From assembly GCA_900318745.1 (NCBI GenBank), contig ONMC01000001.1, positions 1-49,470 of the forward strand: a DNA stretch of 49,470 nt. Reading direction: 5' to 3'. The notes beneath the pieces are model-generated. The model had not been told where the DNA came from. It saw only the letters and a program-made list of their open reading frames with translations, and made no database searches. A program made the translations under genes and the position numbers. Numbering within the stretch: position 1 is the stretch's first letter; every line of letters begins with the position of its first letter. Shown here in pieces: positions 9,794 through 18,441 of this stretch. This stretch comes from an uncultured Eubacteriales bacterium. GTDB lineage: Bacteria; Bacillota; Clostridia; Christensenellales; CAG-138.

Positions 9794-11476
9794 TTACTTG
9801 ATCGTAAGCGAGCTGCCGAACAGCTCCTTCAGTTTTTCTTCGTTTTCGTTGAGCAGCGCCGCGAGCCGGAAGCTCAGCTCCGTGCCGGGACGCACCGTCT
9901 CGATCGCGTCCTTCGCGATCTTCAGGTTCCGCGCCGCGTTGAGCCCGTTCAGCTTGCTCTCCTGCGATGCGGGAAATTCCACCACGAGCACGTCGCCGTT
10001 GAGCGCCGCGCCGCGCGTATCCTTTGCATACATATAGACCATCGGATTCATCTCCATGATCTTCGCCTTCGCCTTTGCCCAGATCGCCTCGGCGTCGCCC
10101 GGCGCCGCATGTTCAGCCGGTTTTTGGACGCGTTCGGGCGCGCTTGCCGGCTCGGCTTCGGGCTGCGGGGCTGCCGCGCTCTTCGGCTTTGCCGCGGGCG
10201 CGGACGCCCGTTCCGACTCCGGTTCGTCCCACGGAAGATCGATCGGCGCCTGTTCCGGCGGCGCCTCGAGCATCGGCGGCTCGTCGTATTCCGGTTCCTT
10301 CGCCGCTTCCGCACGTTTTTCCGCCGCAGGCGCCGCGGGACGCTGTTCGAGCGCCGCAACGCGCGATTCAAGCGCCGCAAAGCTCCGGTCGTCGACCGGT
10401 TTCGTGATGCGGATGAACGCCGCCTCGATCGGGATGCGCGGTGCGGAAAACAGCTTCAGTGTGCTCTGCACCTTTAAGATCTGTTCCAGCGCATAGAGGA
10501 TGCGCGCTTCGTCCGCACCCTTCGCCGCCTTCAGATACCGCTGCATCTGATCGTCGGTGCAGTCGAGAAGGTCCGCGCAGTCGCCGCAGGTCTTACTGAG
10601 CAGCAGCGCGCGGAAATGCCGCGCGAGGTCGCCCAGAAACACGCCGAGGTCGCGTCCGCTGCCCACCACCGTGTCGAGCGCGCGCACCGCGTTCTGCGCG
10701 TTGCCCGTCAAAAGCGCGTCCGCCGTCTGTTCGAGCATCGCGCCGGAAACCGTGCCGAGCGCGTCGTATACGTCCTGTTCGCTGACGTTGTTCCCCGCAA
10801 ACGACAGGCACTGATCGGCAAGCGAAAGCGCGTCGCGCATGCCGCCGTCCGCCGCGCGGGCGATGAGGCGCAGTCCGTTCGGGTCGATGCTTGCGCCCGC
10901 TTTTTTCAGGACCGCGGTGAGGTTTGCGATGATGTGCGCGATCGAAAGCCGATGAAAATCGAAGCGCTGACAGCGCGAAACGATCGTCGCCGGAAGCTTC
11001 TGCGGCTCGGTCGTCGCAAGAATGAACAGCACGTGCGCGGGCGGCTCCTCGAGCGTTTTCAGCAGCGCGTTGAACGCCGCCGTCGAGAGCATATGCACCT
11101 CGTCGATGATGAACACGCGATAGCGAAGCTCAAGCGGCGCAAACTGCGCCTGCTCGATCAAAGAACGCACGTTGTCGACGCCGTTGTTCGACGCCGCGTC
11201 GATCTCGATGACGTCCGCGCTGCCCGCCATGGCAAGCCTGCACGCCTCGCACTTCATGCACGGTTCGCCGTCTTCGGGCGTGAGACAGTTGACCGCGCGG
11301 GCGAGGATCTTCGCCGAAGTCGTCTTGCCCGTTCCGCGCGAGCCGCAGAACAGATACGCGTGGGAAAGCTTGCCCTCCCGCACCTGATTCTTCAGGATCG
11401 TGGTGATATGGTCCTGTCCGATGACCTCCCGGAAGGTCTCCGGACGATATTCGCGATACAATGCGCGCCGTGCCAA
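9794..11476 (-). CDS. dnaX: DNA polymerase III subunit gamma/tau
   Basis: ALYREYRP, GSRGTGKT Walker A, IDAASN, IIDEVHML, SRC; TTG start 11476 chosen from the GAAAGGA RBS. Confidence 0.96.
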   Translation of the reverse strand: MARRALYREYRPETFREVIGQDHITTILKNQVREGKLSHAYLFCGSRGTGKTTSAKILARAVNCLTPEDGEPCMKCEACRLAMAGSADVIEIDAASNNGVDNVRSLIEQAQFAPLELRYRVFIIDEVHMLSTAAFNALLKTLEEPPAHVLFILATTEPQKLPATIVSRCQRFDFHRLSIAHIIANLTAVLKKAGASIDPNGLRLIARAADGGMRDALSLADQCLSFAGNNVSEQDVYDALGTVSGAMLEQTADALLTGNAQNAVRALDTVVGSGRDLGVFLGDLARHFRALLLSKTCGDCADLLDCTDDQMQRYLKAAKGADEARILYALEQILKVQSTLKLFSAPRIPIEAAFIRITKPVDDRSFAALESRVAALEQRPAAPAAEKRAEAAKEPEYDEPPMLEAPPEQAPIDLPWDEPESERASAPAAKPKSAAAPQPEAEPASAPERVQKPAEHAAPGDAEAIWAKAKAKIMEMNPMVYMYAKDTRGAALNGDVLVVEFPASQESKLNGLNAARNLKIAKDAIETVRPGTELSFRLAALLNENEEKLKELFGSSLTIK

Positions 11477-11528
11477 AGCGATCGTTCCTTTCCGGATATG
11501 CGCGTGATCGCGCAATCCTACAGAGTGC

Positions 11529-11557
11529 AGTATAACACATTCTTTTCGGAATCACAA
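11529..11557 (-). promoter_or_regulatory. sigma-A promoter of dnaX operon
   Basis: TTGTGA-17 nt-TATACT, extended TG. Confidence 0.7.
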
Positions 11558-11578
11558 TGCCCATTTGCGGCGCGGCGG

Positions 11579-11607
11579 TTGACCGCGCTTCAAAAAAATA
11601 GTAAAAT
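11579..11607 (+). promoter_or_regulatory. sigma-A promoter giving a probable leaderless mRNA
   Basis: TTGACC-17 nt-TAAAAT, ATG only 6 nt downstream, no SD. Confidence 0.7.
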
Positions 11608-11613
11608 AGCGGC

Positions 11614-12789
11614 ATGAAGCACGAAAAGCGGTACCGCTCCACCGAAAAGATCAAAAACCGGTTCAAACGATTCCGGCTTGCGCCTTATCTCGAGATCCTG
11701 CTCGGGCTGGCGCTGCTTGCCGCGCTCGTCTGGGCGGCGTGGACCTACGTCGTTCCGTTTTTCAAAGGGCTTGCCTCGCACGCCTATTCGTGCGCCGAGC
11801 CGGAAGCGACGCCGACGCCCTCTCCGGAGCCGACGCCGGAGCCCACGCCCGACCCGTATCCCGGGCACAAGCTGTATAACGCCGATCTCAAAACGATGCA
11901 GACCGAGATCGTCATCCCCGAATATCAGTATGCCTCGGACGTTTCCGTCGTCGGCGATACGATCCTGTGCGCGGTCGGCAACTACACGCCGGACGGCACG
12001 GCGGCGTTCGTGCGCGCATACCTCTATGACACCAAAGCGGGCACGCACACCTTCCTTGCGCTGCCGCTGCAGTATAAGAGCATCCGGTTCCCGGCGATGA
12101 ACGAGCGCTGGATCGTCTATCTCGACGCGGCGGCGAACGGCGGCGGACGCATGATGGCATACGACCGGCAGAGCGGCGGCGCCCGTGCGCTCAAGACCGT
12201 GCATGCCGGACTTTTACGTCCCGTCGTGATCGGCGATACCGCTTTTTGGATCGAGCGCACCGGACAATCGCGCGATAAGCTCTTTGCGGTCGATCTCGAA
12301 ACGGGCGAAAGCGCGACGCTCGCGATCTACGACGGCTCGCCCTACGCGCTGTCGAAACCGTTCGCATACGGCGGCAGGCTCGTTTACGTTTCACCCGAAG
12401 GCGCGCTCGTTTCTTTCGACCCCGCAAGCGGCGAAAGCGAGACCGTTCCCGTCGACGCGGACTATGTGCACGACCCGCAGATGAATGCGGACGGGATCGC
12501 TTTTCTGGATTCCGATCACGCCGCAGACGGGCGCGTGTTGTTTTATGACGGCGAAAAGACGGTCGAAGCCGCGACCGGCGCGGTCGACTTTTTCCTGGGC
12601 GACGGATTCATCGCCTACTCGCGCTACGACAAAAACTATGTGTATTACTACGGCGACGGCACGACGTTCTGCACAACCCGCAGCGATGAAACGGCGATGC
12701 TGCTCGCGGCGGGCGGCGACGTGATCGTGTGGATGGACGTGACGTGGCGCGACAAGGATATCATGGAATTTATGACGGTCGGAGATTGA
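11614..12789 (+). CDS. Membrane-anchored hypothetical protein, probable beta-propeller ectodomain
   Basis: Basic N-tail, TM helix, PTPEPTP linker, repeated short beta-strand units (IVYLD, AFWIE, LVYVS, IAFLD, IVWMD). Confidence 0.75.
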   Translation: MKHEKRYRSTEKIKNRFKRFRLAPYLEILLGLALLAALVWAAWTYVVPFFKGLASHAYSCAEPEATPTPSPEPTPEPTPDPYPGHKLYNADLKTMQTEIVIPEYQYASDVSVVGDTILCAVGNYTPDGTAAFVRAYLYDTKAGTHTFLALPLQYKSIRFPAMNERWIVYLDAAANGGGRMMAYDRQSGGARALKTVHAGLLRPVVIGDTAFWIERTGQSRDKLFAVDLETGESATLAIYDGSPYALSKPFAYGGRLVYVSPEGALVSFDPASGESETVPVDADYVHDPQMNADGIAFLDSDHAADGRVLFYDGEKTVEAATGAVDFFLGDGFIAYSRYDKNYVYYYGDGTTFCTTRSDETAMLLAAGGDVIVWMDVTWRDKDIMEFMTVGD

Positions 12790-12793
12790 CGCT

Positions 12794-14128
12794 ATGAAAG
12801 AAAAAACGCTGTATGTATGCGGAGAATGCGGATACGAAACGCCGCGCTGGATGGGAAAATGTCCCCAGTGCGGCAGCTGGAACACGCTCGTCGAGGAGGA
12901 ACGCGTATCCGTGCGCCCGACGGCGGCGGGTCAGACGAAGGCGGTGCCGCTTTCCCGCGTGAAGGCGGAGGCGCAAACGCGCATCTCTACGGGCATTTCG
13001 GAGCTCGACCGCGTGCTCGGCGGCGGACTTGTCAAGGGCATGGTCGTGCTGCTCGGCGGCGATCCCGGCATCGGAAAATCGACGCTGCTGCTCGAAGCCG
13101 CGGACAATCTTTCCGCGCAGGGGCCGGTGCTGTACGTATCGGGCGAGGAAAGCAATTCGCAGATCCGCCTGCGCGCCGACCGGCTCGGCGTGAAGGGCGA
13201 AAACCTGCTGCTGTATACGGAAACTTCCGCAGAGGATGCGATCGAACGCGCCAAAGAATGCAGTCCGGTCATGATGATCGTCGATTCGATCCAGACGATG
13301 CAGTCCGAAACCGCGGAAAGCGCGGCGGGCAGCGTTTCGCAGGTGCGCGCGTCGACGGCGCTCTTTACGCGGTTTGCAAAGGATACCGGCACGGTCGTGT
13401 TCATCGTCGGACACGTCACCAAGGACGGTGCGATCGCGGGACCGCGCGTGCTCGAACACATCGTCGACACGGTGCTGTACTTTGAGGGCGACCGGCACGA
13501 GGGGCTGCGGCTTTTGCGCGCGGTCAAAAACCGCTTCGGCTCGACCAACGAGCTCGGCGTGTTCGAAATGTGCGAGACCGGCATGCGCGAGGTGCGCGAT
13601 CCGGGCGCGCTGTTCGTTTCGGGACGGCATGTGGCCGGCACGGCGATCACCTGCGTGCTGGAGGGCTCGCGCCCGCTGCTGTGCGAGATCCAGTCGCTGC
13701 TGTGCCCGACGGCGTTCGGAAGCCCCAGAAGGACCGCGATCGGGCTCGATTACAACCGGCTCAACGTGCTGCTCGCCGTGCTCGAGCGCAAAGCGCGGCT
13801 GAAGCTGTCCGATCAGGACGTTTACTGCGATATCGCGGGGAGTCTGCGCGTGCTCGACCGCGGCGCGGATCTTGCGACCGCCATGTGTCTCGCCTCCTCC
13901 GTGCTGGAAAAGCCGATCCCGGAACAGACCGTTCTGATCGGCGAAGTGGGACTGACCGGCGAGATCCGACCCGCCTCGCAGCTCGAAACGCGGCTCAAAG
14001 AAGCCGTGCGGCTCGGCTATACGACCGCGCTGATCCCGGCGCGCAGCAAGGTCGGCGAGGTCGGCATGAAGCTCGTGCGCGTTTCCGACGTGTCCGAAGC
14101 CATCCGCGCGCTGTTTCTGCAGGCGTAG
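12794..14128 (+). CDS. radA: DNA repair protein RadA/Sms
   Basis: CxxC..CxxC N-terminus, GDPGIGKST, KNRFG motif, Lon-like C-terminus GEVGLTGEIR. Confidence 0.97.
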   Translation: MKEKTLYVCGECGYETPRWMGKCPQCGSWNTLVEEERVSVRPTAAGQTKAVPLSRVKAEAQTRISTGISELDRVLGGGLVKGMVVLLGGDPGIGKSTLLLEAADNLSAQGPVLYVSGEESNSQIRLRADRLGVKGENLLLYTETSAEDAIERAKECSPVMMIVDSIQTMQSETAESAAGSVSQVRASTALFTRFAKDTGTVVFIVGHVTKDGAIAGPRVLEHIVDTVLYFEGDRHEGLRLLRAVKNRFGSTNELGVFEMCETGMREVRDPGALFVSGRHVAGTAITCVLEGSRPLLCEIQSLLCPTAFGSPRRTAIGLDYNRLNVLLAVLERKARLKLSDQDVYCDIAGSLRVLDRGADLATAMCLASSVLEKPIPEQTVLIGEVGLTGEIRPASQLETRLKEAVRLGYTTALIPARSKVGEVGMKLVRVSDVSEAIRALFLQA

Positions 14129-14157
14129 CCAAGCGCACGCTGTCTGCGATCGATCCG

Positions 14158-14200
14158 AAAAAATGCGATCCCGCGGGATGCCCGCGGGATCGTTGTTTTT
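14158..14200. terminator. Bidirectional terminator
   Basis: A-tract, CGATCCCGCGGG-atg-CCCGCGGGATCG, T-tract between convergent genes. Confidence 0.8.
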
Positions 14201-14203
14201 CAT

Positions 14204-14794
14204 CTATTCCTTTTTACCTGCCACCTGATACATACGCGCATCGGACAGCGCCGTTGTGACCGTAAGATATCGCTCGAAGATCGCTTTCAGCTCCTCCGCC
14301 GGCATCAGGTCCGATGCAACCGCCTCGGTGATGCCCGTATGGTGCCGGTTGATCTGTTCGCGGCTCATCCCGTGCGCGACCGTAAGCGTCCCTCCGGGAT
14401 TCAGCTGTGCCGAAAGCGCTTCGATCAGCCGTTCGGGATCGGCAAAATGCGGAAACGCGTTGTATACCACGATGCAGTCGAACCGCCGTTCATAATCCCG
14501 ACCCGCCGCGTCGCCGCACAGCACGGTGACGTTTTTTGCATCCCGGAATTTGTCCGCGGCGATACGCGCCATCTCCGGCGACAGATCGATCGCCGTGACC
14601 GACGCGACGTTTCGCGCAAGATAATCCGGTATCAGCACGCCCGTGCCGCACGCAACGTCCAGCACATGCGCGCCGGAACGCACCTGCGCGTTGTCGAGTA
14701 TCGTCCCGATGACGGCGTCGTCGCGGATCATATCCGCGTCCCACCGCGGCGCGAGGCGATCGAAAAACGCGGCAACTCTGTTCGGATCGACCAT
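14204..14794 (-). CDS. Class I SAM-dependent methyltransferase
   Basis: VLDVACGTG motif I, AIDLS, FPHF, LNPGG. Confidence 0.88.
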   Translation of the reverse strand: MVDPNRVAAFFDRLAPRWDADMIRDDAVIGTILDNAQVRSGAHVLDVACGTGVLIPDYLARNVASVTAIDLSPEMARIAADKFRDAKNVTVLCGDAAGRDYERRFDCIVVYNAFPHFADPERLIEALSAQLNPGGTLTVAHGMSREQINRHHTGITEAVASDLMPAEELKAIFERYLTVTTALSDARMYQVAGKKE

Positions 14795-14797
14795 GGC

Positions 14798-16045
14798 TCA
14801 GTCAAAGAAGGTCTCGGTGTCGATCTTCTGATACCCGCCGAAGCTCGCCTTCGCCGCGAAAATCTGTTCCGCGAGCGATTGCCCGAAGAACGCGTTCGTG
14901 ATCTCGTCGGTCTTGGCCGTCATATCGACGTCCGCAAAGCGGTCCGGATAGACCGTCTTTGCGAGGAACCAGGTGTTCATCAGCGCGATCTCATAGTTCG
15001 TGTAATACGCATTGTACGCCATTTCGAGATAGACCTCGCCGTTCTGCCACGCCTTGCACGTATCGAACATCGCGGGATTCTCGGCGTACAGCGGCTTGAT
15101 GTTCTTGACCGCCGCGGCGTCGATGATCATGACGTCCATGCTTTCGCCGATCGCGACAAACTTCTCCTCTTCGATCTCCTGAATGTAGCGTCCCTCCGTG
15201 TCGGTCACCGCATTCTTCACGTTCGCCACCGCGAACGGCATGTATTCCTTTGCGGTCATCAGATGGTTCGTCGTGCCCCAGTTGCCGAGCCCGCACAGAT
15301 AGACCGTCGGTTTTTCTTCGTCCGCAACATCCGCGGTGCGGTGTTCGATCTCGGCGCGCTCCGCTTCGATGAACGAGATCAGCGCTTCCGCCCTGTCGGT
15401 CGTTGTAAAGATAAAGCCCAGCAGCCGCAGACTGCCGAAGAAGCGTTCGTCGAACACGCCGTCGGAGCCGGATTTCAGGGTCACGACCGGAACGCCGAGC
15501 TGTTCCTCGAGCGCGTCTTCCTTTTCGACGTCCTCGTATTCGGAAATGACGATGTCCGGATTGCAGGCAAGGATCTTCTCGGCTTCCGCCGCCTGCGCGT
15601 TCGGTCCGCCGACGCCGCACGAGGGCAGGGTCGCAAACACGTCGCCGTATGCGAGCATATACGGACGCGCGACGGAATCGAACATCTTCGGGCGGTCCTC
15701 GAGCGTCGTGTTGTCGATGTCCTCGACGCCGCACAGCAGGGTTACGTCCGCAACATACGAATACATGCGCAGCGCGCCCGCGCCGATGCAGACCACGCGC
15801 GTGTAACTGCCGGGCGTGACGGTCACTTCGCGGCCGATCATGTCGGTCAGCACGACCGGTTCCGGCTCGGCCGGCGCGGGTTCTTCGGGCGCGGCGGGCG
15901 CTTCGGTCGGCTCCTCCGCGGCGACGGGCTCTGCCGTCGGTTCCTGTGTCGGTTCTGCCGCGCTCTGCGGCGCTTCCTGCGATGCGCAGGCGAACACGCC
16001 CGTCAGCAGAACGAGCATCAAAAGCAATGCGATAATCCGTTTCAT
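14798..16045 (-). CDS. ABC transporter substrate-binding lipoprotein (iron/corrinoid, TroA-like superfamily)
   Basis: Lipobox VFAC, Pro/Glu/Ala linker, TDMIGREV, EKILACNPDIVI, KAWQNGEVY. Confidence 0.85.
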   Translation of the reverse strand: MKRIIALLLMLVLLTGVFACASQEAPQSAAEPTQEPTAEPVAAEEPTEAPAAPEEPAPAEPEPVVLTDMIGREVTVTPGSYTRVVCIGAGALRMYSYVADVTLLCGVEDIDNTTLEDRPKMFDSVARPYMLAYGDVFATLPSCGVGGPNAQAAEAEKILACNPDIVISEYEDVEKEDALEEQLGVPVVTLKSGSDGVFDERFFGSLRLLGFIFTTTDRAEALISFIEAERAEIEHRTADVADEEKPTVYLCGLGNWGTTNHLMTAKEYMPFAVANVKNAVTDTEGRYIQEIEEEKFVAIGESMDVMIIDAAAVKNIKPLYAENPAMFDTCKAWQNGEVYLEMAYNAYYTNYEIALMNTWFLAKTVYPDRFADVDMTAKTDEITNAFFGQSLAEQIFAAKASFGGYQKIDTETFFD

Positions 16046-16809
16046 GAATCCATTCCTCCGTTGATGATATGTTTTTGTCCGTCTATGGTCACGACGCGCA
16101 CGCGCGCATCGAATGTTTCGCGGATGACCGGTTCGGTCATGATCTCCCTTCCTCCGGTATATCGGATCGCGCCGTTCTTCATCAGATAGAACCGATCGCC
16201 GAGCGACAGCGCCTGATCGAGATCGTGCACGGACATCAGAATGCCGATGTTTCGCTCTTTCGCCGCCTTGCGCGCCTCGGAAAGGATCAGCTGCTCGTTA
16301 TACAGGTCGAGGTTTCCGGTCGGCTCGTCAAAGACGAGAAGCTGCGGCTGCTGCACGAGCGCACGGGCGATCGCGACCTTTTGCCGCTCGCCGCCGGACA
16401 GCGTTTCCACATTGCGCTGTGAAAGATCGGAAAGCTGCATCTCGTCGAGAACGCGCTCCGTGATCGCGCGATCGTCCCTGCCTGCGCGCACGCCGAACCG
16501 GGAGATCCGCCCGACGAGCACGGTGTCGAATACGGTCAGCGCGCCGAACGGGATGCGCTGCGGCACGTATGCGATGCGCTGTGCGCGCTCGCGCCGCGAA
16601 CAGTTCAGAAGGTCCTCGCCGTCGAATCGGATGCTGCCGCGCTCGGGTTTCTGCATGCCGAGGATCGTCTGAAACAGCGTCGTTTTGCCCGCGCCGTTGC
16701 GTCCGAGCAGTACGCCGATCTCGCCGCGTCCGAGGTCGAGCGAAACGCCGTTTAACACGAGCGGACCGCGCCGCGTATACCGAAAAACCAGATCGCGGAT
16801 CTCAAGCAT
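16042..16809 (-). CDS. ABC transporter ATP-binding protein (FepC/BtuD-like)
   Basis: GRNGAGKT, YVPQ, LSGGERQKV, FDEPT, HDL. Confidence 0.92.
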   Translation of the reverse strand: MLEIRDLVFRYTRRGPLVLNGVSLDLGRGEIGVLLGRNGAGKTTLFQTILGMQKPERGSIRFDGEDLLNCSRRERAQRIAYVPQRIPFGALTVFDTVLVGRISRFGVRAGRDDRAITERVLDEMQLSDLSQRNVETLSGGERQKVAIARALVQQPQLLVFDEPTGNLDLYNEQLILSEARKAAKERNIGILMSVHDLDQALSLGDRFYLMKNGAIRYTGGREIMTEPVIRETFDARVRVVTIDGQKHIINGGMDS

Positions 16810-17902
16810 CTTCGCCGTGCCCCTTTCGTAAAAAGATGATCGCAAGGAAGAACGGCGCGCCGAACAGCGACGTGATCGCGCCGACCGGCAGCGCGGAACC
16901 GCTTCCGAGCGTTCTGGACAGCGTGTCCGCCAGAAGCAGCAGCAGACTGCCGCACAGCGCGGACGCCGGGACCGTGACGCGGTGGTCGTGCCCCAGGATG
17001 CGCTTCACGATATGCGGGCAGATGATCCCGACAAAGCCGATCATGCCGAGGAACGACACGCACACCGCCGTAATCAGCGACGCGACGAGCATCGTCGAAA
17101 AGCGCAGCGCGTTCACGTTCACGCCCATGCTCTTCGCCGCCGCATCACCCGAAAGCAGCGCATTGAGCCGCCAGCTCATGATCGAAAAGAATACGATCCC
17201 CGGCACGATGACGGACGCCATGATCAGGTCCGTCCGATACGTTGCGCGGCCGAGATCGCCGAACGTCCAGATGATCGCCGCGGACAGCCCCACGTCGGTG
17301 GCATAAAACTGCAGCACGGTCGTCGCCGCGGTCCAGACCGCGCCGATCGCGATCCCCGCGAGCACGACCACGCCGGGCGTGAACGCGCGCATGCGGCAAA
17401 GTCCCAGGATCAGCAGCACCGAAAGCGCCGCAAACAGGAACGCAACGAGCGAGGTCGCATACAGATTGACGCCGCTCATATAGTTCGCAAGATGATTGCC
17501 CGTCTCCAGAAAACCGCCCGCGCCGATGATGATCGACACGTTCGCGCCGAACACCGCCGCGTTCGACACGCCGAGCGTCGAGGGCGACGCCATCGCGTTG
17601 TTCAGATCGGTCTCCAGGATCAGACCCGCAGTCGAAAGCCCCGCGCCGGCGATCAGCGCCGCAAGCATGCGCGGGATGCGGATGCTCCAGATAATGCGTT
17701 CGTGCGCCGCACTGCCGCGGCGCAGCAGCGCCGCCATGCTCTCGTTGAACGTCATGTTCGAAGAGCCGACGAACAGGCAGACAACGCACAGCGCGATCAC
17801 GGATGCGATCAGCGCGGCGAACGCTGCGGCATATTTGGTTTTGGACGTCATGTTTCGCATAAATAAAACAGAAGGCGCCGCTTTTCTTCGGAAAAGCCGC
17901 AT
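16802..17902 (-). CDS. FecCD/BtuC family permease (start uncertain: 17902, 17860 or 17851)
   Basis: IRIPR, N..ASPSTLGV, LLSGD..AKSMGVNV, GMIGFVGIICPHIV, PVGAITSLFGAP. Confidence 0.9.
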   Translation of the reverse strand: MRLFRRKAAPSVLFMRNMTSKTKYAAAFAALIASVIALCVVCLFVGSSNMTFNESMAALLRRGSAAHERIIWSIRIPRMLAALIAGAGLSTAGLILETDLNNAMASPSTLGVSNAAVFGANVSIIIGAGGFLETGNHLANYMSGVNLYATSLVAFLFAALSVLLILGLCRMRAFTPGVVVLAGIAIGAVWTAATTVLQFYATDVGLSAAIIWTFGDLGRATYRTDLIMASVIVPGIVFFSIMSWRLNALLSGDAAAKSMGVNVNALRFSTMLVASLITAVCVSFLGMIGFVGIICPHIVKRILGHDHRVTVPASALCGSLLLLLADTLSRTLGSGSALPVGAITSLFGAPFFLAIIFLRKGHGEDA

Positions 17903-17908
17903 GCCTTC
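17861..17908 (-). terminator. Terminator-like hairpin in the permease leader/5' end
   Basis: GAAGGC..GCTTTTC-cgaa-GAAAAGC..GCCTTC followed by TGTTTTATTT. Confidence 0.55.
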
Positions 17909-17983
17909 CTGACATACGTTTGTTCGATTCTTCGGGTCCCGTCCGCGCTTCTGCGCGGCGCCGGCGGCTTCGTGCCGGCGGCG

Positions 17984-18021
17984 TATAATAGATTATATCA
18001 CAGTTCTTCCCGTTCTGTCAC
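17984..18021 (-). promoter_or_regulatory. Internal promoter for the ABC operon overlapped by a TATAAT-N2-ATTATA palindrome
   Basis: GTGACA-18 nt-TATAAT with extended TG formed by the DUF3842 stop codon; palindrome at 17984-17997. Confidence 0.55.
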
Positions 18022-18429
18022 CTGTTTTTTTAATTCGTTCAGCGCATCCTCGACAAGGCGCGTTGCGGAGAAATCCGAAACGCCCGCGATATAGTTGTAG
18101 CAGTTGGAAAACGGGATCAGGATCCGCCTTGCATTCGCCTGCGCAACGGCGCGCGCCATCGTCGGCGTGATTTCGCCGAGCATGGCGTCCGCGATCACGA
18201 TGCCGACCGGTCCGATGATATAGTCCGCGCGTCTGCATGCCACCGCCACCGCGTTTTCTCCGGTTGCCGCCGCGTCCGCACCCGCCTTCAGCATCGCCGC
18301 CGTCGCCGCTGCGTTTGTGCCGACCGCGAGGACCTCCGCCTGCGCGAACCGCTTTTTGATCTCGAGGATCAGCTGTCTGCCGAGTCCGCCGCCCTGCGCG
18401 TCGATCACCAGGATTGTCGTATGCTTCAT
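17998..18429 (-). CDS. DUF3842 family protein
   Basis: VIDAQGGGLG, AVGTN..AT.AMLKAGA..AATGENA, DAMLGEITP.MA signature; GGAGG RBS. Confidence 0.88.
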   Translation of the reverse strand: MKHTTILVIDAQGGGLGRQLILEIKKRFAQAEVLAVGTNAAATAAMLKAGADAAATGENAVAVACRRADYIIGPVGIVIADAMLGEITPTMARAVAQANARRILIPFSNCYNYIAGVSDFSATRLVEDALNELKKQVTEREEL

Positions 18430-18441
18430 GCCTGCCTCCGT

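Noticed and set aside
10898-10910. dnaX programmed -1 frameshift site (A6 run)
   Set aside because: Reads CTG AAA AAA GCG, not A AAA AAG in the proper frame, and lies within the ATPase core.
11477-11613. SRP RNA gene often found upstream of dnaX in Bacillota
   Set aside because: The gap is filled by two divergent promoters; no SRP domain IV motif is visible.
17913-17926. LexA-like CGAACAAACGTATG on the minus strand
   Set aside because: Second half-site is mismatched and the downstream genes are not SOS-type.
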